Shown piece after piece: positions 27,508-42,382 of a stretch of DNA of 64,000 bases. The stretch is from Eledone cirrhosa. Lineage: Eukaryota. Position 1 is the first letter of the stretch, and each line of letters opens with the position of its first letter. The DNA is taken from contig OZ024747.1 of the NCBI GenBank assembly GCA_964016885.1, positions 38,874,001 to 38,938,000 on the forward strand, written 5' to 3'. Below the pieces are notes generated by a model that was given only the letters and a program-made list of their open reading frames with translations, was not told the origin of the DNA and searched no databases. The position numbers and the translations under genes were made by a program.

Positions 27508-28169
27508 CAGACAGGCAAACAGAAACAGAGAGAAGGAGAAAGAGAAGGAGAAAGACAAAGAGAACGAGATATAGAGAAAAAGAAAGAGAAGAGAAGTGGA
27601 TGCATGCAAGAACAGAATTCTGTGCCATGTTTTTCTCACTGTAACTTAAATTAATATTTAAGCAATTGTGTTATGATAAATAAAGTTTGTCTTTTAAGCA
27701 TACTGTCTTGCTTTCATCCCGTTGATGGGGACATATATGAATCCTGATTATTTTATTTCTTCATTGGAGTGAAGTATAATAGAAATAACAACAACATTCA
27801 TAGAAGTAAGTACTTACTCGAATCTGAAACGACAACAGCAAACAAATAAATATCTATTCTCACGTGCAGAAAAAAGACAAGAAATCAATTATAATTAATT
27901 TGGCTGATAGAGCGTCGACAAAGTGCCTATAGAAATCCAATTGGGATACGTTTTGTGTTCTAATCCTGCCTAGTATAACTTCGACAAGATGAAGTTTACA
28001 GAATCTTTATACTCGATTCTACTATGCCCTCCATAACTGTTTTGCCTTGTGAATAACGTCTTAACATCCTCAGTTTGCTCATTTTGGATTGCCATAGTAT
28101 ATGCAAACCTGGTCCTGACTTACTTATCAACCAATGTTCCCACCTTATCACACTGGACCTGCCAGTTGT

Positions 28170-28520
28170 CTGGGCTTCATTGGCTTTAGTTAATCTCAAG
28201 CTGCAGATAACTAGATGGTGACCAGTTGAGAGCTCACGCACTCTTTTAACACAAACACCCAGCACAGAATCAAAGAGATCAGAGACAATAACAAAAGCAA
28301 TTATTCATCTCAGTCCCTGATTCCCTTTATACCATGTATGTTATGGATGTCTCTTTGCTGGAAGAATGTATTTATAATAGATAGTCCATTGCTAGAACAG
28401 AGGTCTAGTAAGGCCTCTCCGTTCGTATTCAGATCAAGGTCGCCATTCCTTCCAATCACTCCTTTCCATGTCAGGTGGTCTGTGTCAACATGTGCATTGA
28501 AGTCTCCTATTAGGATATAT
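28170..28520 (-). mobile_element. RTE-type LINE apurinic endonuclease (APE) fragment
   Basis: Minus strand reads GDFNAHVDTDHLTWKGVIGRNGDLDLNTNGEALLDLCSSNGLSIINTFFQ...ELSTGHHLV (GDFNA and SDH-like motifs). Confidence 0.8.
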
Positions 28521-30594
28521 GGCTCAAATATTAACTACATCAAACGCTGCAGTGACCTGTATTCAGACTCCTTATTTAATGGATAAACTTATACAACCGA
28601 CAGAGACCAATTCTCGGCAGAGCTGTTCTACTAGACAACAGGTGGCAGGTAGCGGATATCGATACGGTTACCAGATATGATGGCTAGTTGCGATATAAGC
28701 GGGTAACTGCTGGACGAATAAGCAGCCCCGTACCAACAGCAACAAACTACTAGGGGAGAAGGAGCAATGGGTGACACCTGTAGCTCCCAATAAAAATCTC
28801 ACAACTCAGTGACGTAGCTACCACGAGGCGAGGAGAGGCCACCTAAAAAAAAGCTTAGTCTTCATAGGTTTGTCAAAGTACTAGATTTGTGACAGGCGCG
28901 AATTAGACCACTCAGGTTTGATATCTATTTGATATATTTTTTCCTTATACTTCTTTATGACCGTTTCTCATCCTTGTTTAGTAGCCTTAGTTTGATTGCT
29001 TCTGCTTAATTAACGTCTCAATGCGGCTCAATATAGGTTTGTCACAGACTCTAACACCACCATTGTTAACACAATCTGTATTCGTAATACAGCTATCCAT
29101 CATGTATCGTATCGACTATGAGGGAATCAAGATCACCAACCGGTTTTGATCTATAAAATCTACGTAGTAAATGTGTGCCTGTATTTTATGGGCTCGGTAA
29201 AGGAAGACATAAAATAAATTACAGATCCAGTCCTGTACCCCTATAGTTCTGCCGTTCTATGAGAACTAAATCATTGCAGGGAGGTCGAAATTAGATAAGT
29301 GTCACACAGAATATATTTCAGTATTTAGCATTGCTTAATTAGCTATCAAACCAAATATTGATTTATTTCACAATGCCACAGCTGTGCATTGGAATCAGAT
29401 TCCGATATTGCCAGGCTTTTCAAAGGACGGCTCCATAAATATGTCAAATTAGAGATTCACAACTGGACGATTTGATATGTTGTTAAAGAAGAATCGGTAG
29501 TTTGTTTCTTGGCAACGGTGTTGCGCAAAATTTAAACATAGTAGAGTCACTTAACTAACTGCTACACAATCCGCATTCTTACTATTCACAAACCTTTTAT
29601 ACCAAAACATTGCAATCGTTTTATCGTTTTCGTAATAGTGAGAGAGCAAAGTTACATTCCTCATTGATACGAGGCTAGACTACGTCATGAAACTGTTACA
29701 CAGAAATCTGATACATTTATTTAATACCTAGTTTAGCAGAAATATTATAAAATTAATTATTTTTCTTGGGAACAATATATAACTATGTAAACTAGTTAAA
29801 TTACAGCCAGTTTACGTTTTTCGGTATATTATTAATCATACATCGACAAACATAATGAACATAATAATAACATTGAAATATATTTCATGTCGCCTTGATA
29901 ACGTGAATCCACGTCTCTCCAGCATAAAATGTATTCAACTTTTTACATTATTGACGGTTTTATTTATTGGCACGACTTCAAATTTGAAATGTGATCGAAC
30001 CAATGCTTGTAATTGATCGGTATTTATTTTAGCAAAATCGGAAGAATCACAGACAAATATCTGCGTAATTTCAGATCAAAATACAAAAGGTTTAATCTGC
30101 TATTTTAGTACATTTATTTCGCTAACGTCTTTCTTTCTGACTCTCTTTCTTCTATAGGTCAACAGGCAAAACAATGTGACATACCTATGGTTATATTTTA
30201 TTTCCTCTGTTGATTTGAAGAAATTATATAGAAAAGGTAGTTCATGTATTCTAGTCAGAACGAAGGTCTACTCCAAATGCCTGGAGCAGAGTGGGATCCA
30301 TTAAATTCATCGAAGGACGAGGCTGGGATGTTAAGCTGAGTGGCGGATTAAATTAGCCTAAAATAAATATGATCGGTTTCCGTATTTTAGTTACTAGCCG
30401 TAGTTTGATCCGACATTTTAATATATGTAATGCCGAATTCTGATCAAACCCAGCAAAGTATTGCGAAACAAATCTCGAAACAATTCGGATATGCCTCGAC
30501 CATTTTTGTGTATTAATAAATAACATATTGGTTAAGCTGGAATAATTACACACACGCACGTTCACACACATACACGCATACACTCACACACACG

Positions 30595-30633
<39 letters not shown>

Positions 30634-30667
30634 TCACACATACATATATATATATTATATATATATA

Positions 30668-31286
30668 TTTAAAAAAATAGAGGTGTGACACACGAGTTGT
30701 GATATATTAATAAAAAGGAAAAGAAAATGCTGAGAAATTGTTCCCAGTGAAAAATAGTTTAATTAGGAATAAGTATAAATTAGTAATAAGTATTTGTTAG
30801 TATTCGGTTTTAGTTTAAATTTTTACCGGTTGCGCATTTCTTATGCTTTTCAAAAATAATTTTGAGATAGAGCGGTCGTGATTTTTGCTCTAATCTGATC
30901 AGTTTTGGAAATTCTTCCTGCTTTATGTGAAAAAAGTGGCTTGGGATGTATTAAGATTTGATTGTTGAATGTCACGTGAATAAGGACATGAATTGTTGCA
31001 ACACAAATTGGCGCCAACTTTATAGTGCTTATTGACGTGACATTCAACAACCAAATCTTAATACATCCCAAGCCACTTTTTTCACATAAAACAGGAAGGA
31101 TTTCCAAAAGTGATCAGATTAGAGCAAAAATCACGAGCACTCTATCTCAAAATTATTTTTGAAAAGCATAAGAAATGCGCAGCCGGTAAAAACTTAAAAC
31201 TAAAACCGAATACTAACTAATACTTATTACTAATTAAAACTATTTTTCAGTGGGAAAAATTTGTCAGCATTTTCTTTTCCTTTTTA

Positions 31287-31293
<7 letters not shown>
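30668..31293 (-). repeat. Family B asymmetric fold-back element (tail 30668-30703, arms about 30704-30985 / 31024-31293)
   Basis: Reverse-complement arms, (TA)n both sides, hammerhead-like motif at 30821-30856(-) and 31156-31191(+). Confidence 0.88.
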
Positions 31294-31347
<54 letters not shown>

Positions 31348-33331
31348 TTATTTATATACGTTGGCCATATTGTTTTAGAATGACATTAACAGCGAAATTT
31401 GCTAGTAGGAAACTGAGAAGAGTAGCCTATATATGAATATTTCTATATATACATGTTTATGTGTGAATGTAGTTTGATTTTGAGGAAATAAGTTGTGAAA
31501 ATATCGTTTGAATATTATTACTCAACACATACACAGGATCAACTCTAAAGTAATTTCACAAAATGAGCTCTCTTAAATAATAATTCCTGTGTAACTTCCC
31601 CTTGTAAAGGCATTGATTTTATTTCACCATCTCTAAGCACTGACAAATAAAAAATACTTGGATTGTTAAATAAACATTCGCTGTCATATTTCATGATACA
31701 TCTGATATTTATATAGCTGTTTATAGATCGTCTTATATTATCATGGATTCAAATACATTTAACATTCATTTCACCATGGCATCTGTCATATAAGTAGAAA
31801 ATACAGTTCTACGCCAGAGTAATATGCATGAAACTATCAGTTGACTCCCATACTAACGTTAACTTGCGAAGGAATGAGTTCCACTTCACCATCCTAAACA
31901 TAGTACGAGTGCCCTCAATATTATAACGCAAAGCATTTGGATAGATAAAAAATATTGAATTGTCATTTCTATCTGTACTGGTATGATTGATACGAGTTAA
32001 CTTGAAACAAGACATTTAACGTTTTAGAAAAGAGCCACTGGTATAATATCTCAATAAACTCCCATAAAAAAGTATACATGCAGTGCGAAAACAGAATATA
32101 TCAACATTTACGTTTGTGTGAGAGACTGCAAGCGATTTGATGCTTCGGTCTCAAAATCTAAGAATATATTCTGGAAAATATTTTACAAAGCTCTATTCAT
32201 TTTAGACCGACAGCATGGGTGCGAAAACAGCTGTCATAATTCTGTTCTCAAGTAAATGATGAACGTCACATAATCTATCATCCATTTATCTATTCATGAT
32301 ATAGATAAATATAATAAAATATATTATTATTTTGGAGTTTTAGTTGTAAGCCGCTGCTGGTGCTATGTTGTAACATCTGACGGAGATGATAGATATACTT
32401 CTATTTCATTGCTAACATTTTTCTTAACGTATGTTATGCGATCCTAAATACTTAGTTACTTAAGTAAAATAGTGCTCAAAACAATCAAAGAAAACAGCAA
32501 AGAACATTTTTCATCTCAGAACAAAATCAATATATTCTCTTTTTTTCTTTTCATTTTAAACGGTGAACGACGAAGAGCAAGACTTGGGCGCATCAAGATC
32601 CTAACTCTTTGTTTCTGGTAGAATCTATTTTAATTTATTGATGATATTGAAAGATCGAATGTTGATAATTGACGGTATTTTATAGTGATGGGAAACAACA
32701 AGCACACTGGTTCTATTTTGACAATTCTTCATCCAACAGATTGTAACTAACGAATCAAGTAGATGCAATTATTACGATATTACTTAGCATAGCAGGTTTA
32801 TATGGAAATATAAATGAAATTGTAAATCGTTAATATTTTAAACAAAAATAATAAACACAAGCTTAATACTGAAATAGAAACGACGATGCGATTTCGGATA
32901 AACACCAAAGTATTTCAATTATACAGAATTGGTTACAAGGCATTGACCAATCAGTTTACTTGAGTATGATTGAGCCCCAAGGTATTTTTGACAACATGTA
33001 TTCGATTTCGTAATTTGCAATTCGGGTTTTAATGTTCTTTGTTCAGCCGAGAGTAATTTTACTTCGCTTATTCACTGTCAATTCCCTGTGACAATGTATC
33101 TTTTCTATTTATATAAAAAAGTTGTTTGCTCTTTTTCTTTCTTAAATATATTGGGCGTAGATGCGTCTAATGTATGAACAACGTATTCTTAGTTCGAATA
33201 TCGAACGTATTGTACGGCTATTTCTATTAAATGATCTGGTGTTATAAAACATTTATATTTATCCTGGTACTCGAGTAAAAATCTTCGATTTAATGAAGAA
33301 AGTTCCATGTACTTAATTGCAATATATATAT

Positions 33332-33552
33332 ATAGAATGGAAAACGAAAAATCGGTGATGCATCGCAACTCAATTTATTGTGTGTTACAATTGTTTCCCA
33401 GGCGAACGTCTATAGACGTGTGCGAGGAACCTGCGAGTCTAGAGTCAGGTCGATCCACACATGGATCGCACCTCGAGCTGTTCGCTGGGGAAACAATTGT
33501 AACACAATAAATTGAGTTCCGATGCATCACTGATTTTTCATTTTCCATTCTA
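33332..33552. repeat. Short fold-back element (arms 33332-33405 / 33479-33552)
   Basis: TAGAATGGAAAA...TTTTCCATTCTA reverse-complement arms following a short (TA)n. Contains GAAAC-AATT-GTA, which would be the hammerhead 3' half only. Confidence 0.8.
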
Positions 33553-34152
33553 TCATACTATGCTCCGTAGGAGCATAGAGTGCTCAACTGGCATACCGCC
33601 TATGGAAGCATCTTAGCTACCATTAGACTTATATTAGCAGCTAGCCTACTCGCCGAGAGGCACCAATCACAAATATTCTGCCTTGACCGCTGGCCACGTG
33701 ATAGTTCTTAGCCATTTTGAATTCATTTCTGGCGGCGGTCATGGTAGAAAACTTAGTCCAGTCTGGGGTGTCTCCTGATGAGTTCCAACCTCATGGATAG
33801 ATGCAAGATCGGGTATATCCAAAAAATGGAATGAAACTACGGTAGTTGGGACTAAAGGAATTTTGATAAAATGTATGTGCATTTTTTCTTCAAACTTCTA
33901 TTCTGTACCTAACTCCGTGTAGTTGATAATTTGTCTAGTCAATTTCTACAGTCTATAAGAAATAACTAGATACATTTTATATGGCTGTACATGGCGGAAT
34001 ATAGTCTATATCTTTTCTCTATTATTTCTTCACAGTTACATTTTAAACTGATAGCCTCGTTTAAATGAATTTTTGTGTGGTTCATTTATACAGACTAGAG
34101 AGAAATACTGTATATATTTTATCTAATAGTCTTCAAACTTGCAATTTTATAT

Positions 34153-34183
<31 letters not shown>

Positions 34184-34686
34184 AATGGAATAGAATGAAA
34201 CGAAATTTCATTTCTCACTCTTAGTACGGCACATACTTAAATGTAAGTATGTATGTATGTATACGTACATACATATATGTATACAGACGTACAGTAGTAT
34301 GTATATATACATATACATGCACACATATATATATGCACGTATCGGTTTACCGAACATTTATTATAATGTTCGGTTTCTTTGTTTGAAAAAAAAAAAAAAA
34401 GCCCGAATTACGCCGTACAATATTTAGGCAATCACGTCACCTTTTTGTTCAACACTGACACATGAAAGATGTACTAGTTTCAAGCTTATTAGCTACCGTC
34501 AGCATCGTATACCTTCCTGCCAGTTGGTTGAACGTCTGAAAGTATATACTTTCCTTATGCATATCAACGGCATTATAATAAATGTTCGGTAAACCGCGAC
34601 GTGCATATACATATATGTGTGCATGTATGTATATATATACATACTACTGTACGTCGGTATACATATATGTATGTACGTATACATAC

Positions 34687-34721
<35 letters not shown>

Positions 34722-34886
34722 ACTAGGGAGGTGTGGTAAGGAACCAGATGGACCATAACGCAGCAGAGTCCTCAATACTTAGGGTAGTAGAGTGTGTAAT
34801 AGGAAAATGTATGACCCCGACGGCAGAGCTCAAGCCGTTTCGACGGCTAACGGCTTGAACTCTGCCGTCGAAGTCATACATTTTCA
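34722..34886 (-). repeat. Short TA-associated terminal repeat family (GTGGTAAGGAACCAG...GCCGTTTCGACGGCTA), often folded back
   Basis: Copies at 34722-34886, 39393-39446, 42192-42330, 43347-43483, 43700-43795, 48740-48928 and 55528-55585, all next to (TA)n. Confidence 0.8.
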
Positions 34887-34899
34887 TATATATATATAT

Positions 34900-36636
34900 A
34901 TATTTATAAGTCGTTTGGAAGCCTCGACAATGAAAATGGGTAAATCTCCGGGTAACAAGGACCGGTGGTGGAGAGAGAGATATGTAAGTGGGTGTACGTT
35001 GAGATGCGTGGTGTGTATAAGATGTGTGAGATGTGTAGAATGAAGGGAAGAGTAAAGGGTAAAAATAATAATAACAACACAAGAGAGAGAGTTACCTTGG
35101 GAGAGATTTAATAGTCCCTATATATTTCGGATTCACATCCATCAACTGGGGTTTTTTCCGGGGTAGGGGAAAAGGTTGTCTGTCGGACAACTCGGAACGC
35201 GTCTCTCGCTGTTTGTTGATTTGAATATCTGAGGTATTCGGCCGAGCGCGTGTGCGCGTGTAATGGGGTCGGTTTTACAGAGGTCAGCGGCCGAATGAGG
35301 GAGTGGGATGGCGCTAGCTGTCAGTCCATTCTCTGCCTGTTTGTTAAATGTTACTGTGTGTGTGTGTGCGTGTGTTGTTGTCTCGCTTGAGTGTGTGTGT
35401 GTGTGTGTGTGTGCGTGTGTAGTTGCCTTGTTCATCTGTATTGGTAGTGTAGTATGTTCGTATGGTGGAATGCTACTGTGTGTGTGTGTACGTGTGTGTG
35501 TGTAGTTGTCTCGTTTGCGTATGTGTGTGTGTGCGTGTGTTGTGTGTTGTTGTGTGTTGTGTGTTGTGTGTTGTTGCATCGCTTGTTAACTTAAACCAGC
35601 CATTTCATTTCACTTCTCTCTAATCGGTTGTTTATTTGCGGTTGCAGTCATTTGATGAGAAGCGCTTCCTTAATACGTTACGTGCCGACGTTTCTTTCAG
35701 TCGGTAGAATTGTGACAATGGGCCCTCCGTCTTTGTTTCCGCATTTGTCTACGTCTTTCCGGAAACACATAGACAAATGCGGAAACAAAGACGGAAGGCC
35801 CATTGTCACAATTCTAGCGACTGAAAGAAACGTCGGCACGTTACGTATTAAGGAAGCGCTTCTTATAAAACGACTGCAACCAAAAATAAACAACCGATTA
35901 GAGAGAAGCGAAATGAAATGGCTGGTTTAAGTTAACAAGCGATGCAACAACACACAACACACGCACACACACACACACGCGCAAATGAGACAACTACACA
36001 CACACACGCACACACACAGTAGCATTCCACCATACGAACATACTACACTACCAATACAGATGAACAAGGCAACTACACACGCACACACACACACACACAC
36101 ACACACTCAAGCGAGACAACAACACACGCACACACACACACAGTAACATTTACCAAACAGGCAGAGAATGGACTGACAGCTAGCGCCATCCCACTCCCTC
36201 ATTCGGCCGCTGACCTCTGTACGACAGACCCCATTTCACGCGCACGCGCGCTCGGCCGAATACCTCAGATATTCAAATCAACAAACAGCGAAAGACGCGT
36301 TCCGAGTTGTCCGACAGACAACCTTTTCCCCCACCCCGGAAAAAACCCCAGTTGATGGATGTGAATCCGAAATATATAGGGACTATTAAATCTCTCCCAA
36401 GGTAACTCTCTCTCTTGTGTTGTTATTATTATTTTTACCCTTTACTCTTCCCTTCATTCTACACATCTCACACATCTTATACACACCACGCATCTCAACG
36501 TACACCCACTTACATATCTCTCTCTCCACCACCGGACCTTGTTACCCGGAGATTTACCCATTTGCATTGTCGAGGCTTCCAAACGACTTATAAATATTTA
36601 CTTATTGTTCCACAATGCTTCAAGCAAACTTCAATA

Positions 36637-36641
<5 letters not shown>
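34900..36641 (+). mobile_element. Fold-back PLE 3' end: ~850-bp arms (34900-35760 / 35761-36597) plus tail 36598-36641
   Basis: The arms are reverse complements with almost no spacer. Each encodes a GIY-YIG C-terminal remnant (KHIDKC...TILATERNVGTLRIKEALLIKRLQPKINNR). Flanked by (TA)n. Confidence 0.88.
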
Positions 36642-36721
<80 letters not shown>

Positions 36722-36895
36722 AGCTGATCAATAGCGAAACGTGCGTCACCAATCAAGAAACGTAATGAAGGCTTAATAATATGGAGGTGGTGTTAAATAT
36801 CCATTACAGTTATGGAAGTGTGACGCACGTTAAGGGGGTTGATCAGCTCAAGCCGACTCTGGAGTCAAAAGCTCATCGGTCTCCTGTTATATATT

Positions 36896-36977
<82 letters not shown>

Positions 36978-36994
36978 AATATGCACACACACAC

Positions 36995-37029
<35 letters not shown>

Positions 37030-37754
37030 ATATATATATATATAGAGAGAGAGAGATAGAGATTCGGTTAAAGAGGTCGGCCATTGTGTTTAGTCAGTGA
37101 TGAGTTACCTTCAATAACAAAAACAACCACTACTGCTTTGCATGATTGATTTTGATGGGAAGACTCTGGTTATCTAATTTGGGGTTAAAAGTGCCTTTCA
37201 TATTAACAGTACACATATAACGGATTATCCTGCAAGCTCTGAATACATATTTCTATATCTATGGTTTCCTTAGAAATGCTGGTCAAATATATTAATAATT
37301 GGATCTCGAAGAAAAACTGACATATATACATTAGGTTTAAATTAAAAAGCAACATAATACATGATAAGTGGACCATCAGATTTGTTTTTATCTCAATGCC
37401 GAAAGATACATATAGAGGCTTCCAAAAATACCAATAAGCAGGTGTACTCTCGTGTAATATTTAAGGGATTATCTATGTGGTTAATACAAATTCTAGACTA
37501 ACTGCCAAAGTCATTTTAAATTATACACGATGCAAATACAGGAAAATGCACTGAATAAATTAAGCAGTTGATATAGAAAAACAAAAGAAATGTTTGTGGT
37601 TGGAATGGCTTAATCAAAGGACTAAATGATTACACCATTATAAACATCTTAAGCTTCAGGACTGTTGTGAATCAAACAGAGCTTGAAATAAACTTAACTA
37701 TCTAGCTGCAATTCATTCAAATGAATCTTAACAAAGCAATATAACATCAGACGT

Positions 37755-37870
37755 TGGAACATTTACCATTTGGCTCCAACTACCACACTTGACTAGACTA
37801 GACTTCCGCATGAATTGAGTGATATAGTAGAGGGTTTTCGAATGCAAACTAAACAGCAGATGTGGCGAAC
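37755..37870 (+). mobile_element. Probable CR1/L2-type LINE 3' end fragment
   Basis: Homologous to 48315-48410(-), which translates PTTTFHWNSLPHE (WNSLP motif). Both copies are followed by (GAT)n-rich sequence. Confidence 0.5.
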
Positions 37871-38807
37871 AAGTTCTGAGAATTTAGCACAACAGTATGT
37901 GATGAGATTAAGATGATGCTGTTGATGCTGCGGTTTCTATTGTTTCTCCCGCTCATATGACGATGATGGTGATGATGACGATGATGATACTGATGATGGG
38001 ACTGACGGTGCTGAAGATGCAGTTGTTACAAATGATATTGAAACCATTCTATCAAAATACAGTACATACATATTTGAATAAACATACGTCGGGGTCCTGT
38101 ATTTTTTCATATTACCCACTCTACTAACCCTAGTTATAGAGTACTCTGGTGAGTAATGGTCTAACTGTTTTTTACTGCCTCCATTCAGATATATATATAT
38201 TAATATATATTAGGATTGGTGCTCTGGAATAGCGATATTTATATGAATCTATGCATAGTATATTTGGCAATATACCGTATGTTTAATTTAAATCATTTTG
38301 AAGAATTATGCTATCATTTTAAAGTAGAAACTATGTCACTTACTTCTTTTCGGCGAAAGAAGGCAGAGAATCTAACAGTCTGTTTCATGCTGTTTGGCAA
38401 TCATCAGAGCTACGTACTGCCCTCTTCCGCCGAAAATTATAGAAGCTGGATTCATATAGAATTCCAGTAATAATCAGGAGCTGTCTATACAGAGCGATTG
38501 CCAGTCCAGCAAAAATCTTCAAAATGTTTTTAATTAAAGATATGGTATATTGCCAAATATAATATGCATACGTTCATGTATGTTTCACTTTAGTGGATCA
38601 TCAGTTCGAGCTGAGGACCCGCTAAGTTCAAACTATTGTTCTCGGTATGATGAACTAACTGTTGTTTTGCCACTACTATATAAATATATATATATAGGAA
38701 GTGTGCTATCAGCCGAAAAGTGCAATAAAGTTATATCTGTACACACACAGAGTGGTCAACCGAGAATGCCCCAATGCGCATATAATTATAGATATATATA
38801 GCATGAA

Positions 38808-39080
38808 GGCGCATGGCTTAGTGGTTAGAGCATTGGGCTTACAATCGAAAGGTTGTGACTTCAATTCTCGGACCAGGTGATTGTTGTTTCCTTGAGCAAG
38901 ACACTTTATTTCACGTTGCTCCAGTTTACTCAGCTGAAAATGAGTACCAGCAACAGCTGGAGGTTTAATCCTGCTGGACTAGCGTCCTGTCAGGGGGGGG
39001 GGGGGAGTATTGTGCTATCAGTCGCTTCACACCATGAAGCCGGGATAAGCACCGGCCAAATGAGCCTTCTGGCTTAAGAC
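38808..39080 (+). mobile_element. Second tRNA-derived SINE family
   Basis: A-box GGCGCATGGCTTAGTGGTTAGAGC, B-box-like GACTTCAATTC, and core TCCTTGAGCAAGACACTTTATTTCACGTTGCTCC. Inverted copy at about 56865-56981. Confidence 0.8.
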
Positions 39081-40678
39081 AGACTTTAGACTTACGGCAT
39101 GCCCGCCCAGCCAGTGGGATGGCATCATGGTATGGCTAAAACAGCAACGTGCTGTGCCAGCGCCGCCGAATGGCGCCCGACAAACTGGTCGGTGAAGGTG
39201 ATCAAGGTCAAGGTGATATAGCATGAGACATTTAAACGTGCCAGGAAAAAATTATTTCCATCTAAACTGATAAAATGATAAACACATGTACTCGATATGT
39301 GGGCATAATTGGGCTCTCATTAGGAAGCGTATATATGTGTCTTTGACAGAATTTAGCTGTATTGACGGCTCATTTTTATATGTATTATATATATGAAAAT
39401 GTACGACATCGACGGCAGAGCTCAAGCCGTTTCGACGGCTATTTCTGATATATATATATATATATTTAATACACATAGACACACACACACACTGAATTCA
39501 ATGATTAGTAAAAATAATTTGTGTTGTGTGACTGTTGTTTCACGTTGTCAAAAACTTACCCAGGTAAATTTTTTATATTATCTCTCTGTGCCATTGTTTT
39601 CGAGACAGATCGAGTTTGATGAGCAAGACTAAGACCTCATTTGAAGTATTATGGTTTGTTTCCAGGCTGCCGGGAAAATTTCTGAGGGGGGCAATCCCAA
39701 ATAAAATGCAGTACTGTCTGGTCTAGATCCCCTCAGTCACATGGTAGGATGTCTTTCATTTACCGTCGATAGTGATGATGGGGTGTCCTGACATGAGTTT
39801 TGCGGATCCGATTAAGGTACACCCATTGCTTTCTAGGAAGGTCGAAGCCGGCTGGTTTAGATGTAGGGTCCGGAAGGCGGTCTTGCCTGGCATATTTGGT
39901 CTAAATTCCATGTTCAGTTAAATCGATGCTCAACAGGATAACAAAGCGATCGTTTATTGCTTCTACTGTTACGATGTTGTTTTCTCACAGTAAAAACAGA
40001 TATGTTTGTACATGCTTGCACACCTACTGGATCGATGCTAGGTGTGTAGTATCAGTGGCTAGCACTAAAATGTAAACATCATTCTCGCTATTAAACCTAT
40101 TTCAACTTAAGTTTGGACATTTCTTTCTCTGGCCATATTGAAAAACATTTGTTTTTCAATTGACAGGGATATCTACCAACGAATCCAAGATTGACCACGC
40201 CAAATCCTGTCTCAGGTGATTAATAGTATATATATTAATTGCAAAAATATATTATATGGTTGATTTAATTATACCAACGTTTGTAACACTGTGATAATTC
40301 ATGGTTCAGTGATGAGAATCTTCTAGTTGTTACGTATGTGCCTACTAAGCTGGACAAATCGTAGCATTGGCTCTATAAAAACCATACGTATAACCAAGCT
40401 TTATTACTGACCTTACCGAGAACGGTTTTCAGAAAGTTTCATCGTTAAAATAATAATTATTTTCTGTCCACAGAGAGATTAGTAGCATATATATACTTAC
40501 AGCGGGTATTTGGAACAGGTAATAGTTATAGTGCAGATTCGGAGTCTATTATCCACCTCGAGGTTGAAGTTATATGCTTAGTAAAACGTTATAGTCTTCA
40601 TCTCATCAAAAACGGTTGTGTAATCAGTACACACACGAACACGCATATATATATATATACACATTTATACATACACTT

Positions 40679-40744
<66 letters not shown>

Positions 40745-40779
40745 CATTTATACATACATAGACATATACATATGTATCC

Positions 40780-40812
<33 letters not shown>

Positions 40813-40888
40813 CACCCATACACACATATATATATATTGTATATATATAGAGAGATACATGTAAATATGCATATATATGTATATATAC

Positions 40889-40938
<50 letters not shown>

Positions 40939-41095
40939 TTATACACACACACACACACACACATAAATATATTAATATTATTGATATACTCCAGAAGAAT
41001 TTTGTTGAGTGCTTCTAAGCTATTATAAACTAAATTTGTTGAATAATCAACAAATTAAATAACTCATTGCTTATACATACGTATATATATATGTA

Positions 41096-41180
<85 letters not shown>

Positions 41181-41316
41181 CGGTGACGTGTAGACAGTTA
41201 CGGGTATAGATATGTATACATGCTTTATCGTATTAATAACGTTAAACATATACTAATTATTGTAAATTTACACATACATCCCCATATATATATATGGTAT
41301 ATATGTGTGTGTGTGT

Positions 41317-41475
41317 GTGCTTGTATATATACGGGTATGAATGCAAATATGTGTACATATGTATGTATATCTTTATATATATATGTGTGTGTGTGTGTGT
41401 GAGTGTGTGCTTGTACATACGGGTATGAATGCCAATATGTGTACAGATGTATGTATATCTTTATATACATATATA

Positions 41476-41543
<68 letters not shown>

Positions 41544-41705
41544 TATGTGTGTGCGTGTACTTGTATATATACGGTTATGAATGCCAATATGTGTACAGGT
41601 GTATGTATGTATTTATATATATATTTGTGTGTGTGTGTGTGTATGTGTGTGTGCTTGTATATACGAGTATGAATGCCAATATGTGTACAGGTGTATGTAT
41701 ATGTA
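41317..41705 (+). repeat. Four-copy tandem array of a ~55-bp unit with variable microsatellite spacers
   Basis: CTTGTATAT..ACGGGTATGAATGCCAATATGTGTACAG.TGTATGTAT recurs at about 41317, 41407, 41557 and 41652. Confidence 0.85.
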
Positions 41706-42089
41706 TATATACAAGCACACACCCACACGCATACACACACATCCACACACACGCATACGTATCTATCTATCTATATATATATATATAGAGAGAAAAAAAG
41801 ATGAAATCGAAAATGCAACTGGAGTCTTATTTTTAAAAAAATATATATATTTATTTTAAGAAGATGTGAGAAAAACCACAGACCCGCCATCTCAACCTTA
41901 CTTTTGAAAAGCAAAAGAAATGCGAAACCGGTAAAGGAGCCAAATGAATATATATATATTTTTTTAAATAAGACTCCAGTTGCATTTTCGATTTCATCTT
42001 TTTTCTTTATACTTTCACAAGTGTAGGACACCTCGATTATTTTTCATTTTGTAAAAGAACCTCACTTTCTAATATATATATATATATAC

Positions 42090-42193
<104 letters not shown>

Positions 42194-42342
42194 CGAAGGA
42201 AATGTGGTAAGGAACCAGCTGTACCATAACGCACCAAAGTACTCAATACTTGGAGTAGTAGAGTGGGTAATAGGAACCAGTAAGACCCCGACGGCTGAGC
42301 TCAAGCCGTTTCGACGGCTAATTCGGGACTAATTTAGTGGTT

Positions 42343-42382
<40 letters not shown>

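Noticed and set aside
33776-33810. CTGATGA followed by a TCCA/TGGA stem
   Set aside because: Lacks the GAAA box and a UH site.
36718-36851. GAAAC-GTGC-GTC motif in a small degraded hairpin (related to 52410-52450)
   Set aside because: It looks like a hammerhead 3' half, but no CUGANGA box was found in either copy.
38808-38880. tRNA-like sequence
   Set aside because: No complete cloverleaf, and it continues into a SINE body, so it was called as a SINE.
41317-41705. CRISPR-like repeat-spacer appearance
   Set aside because: Eukaryotic context, spacers are microsatellites of variable length, and there are no cas genes.
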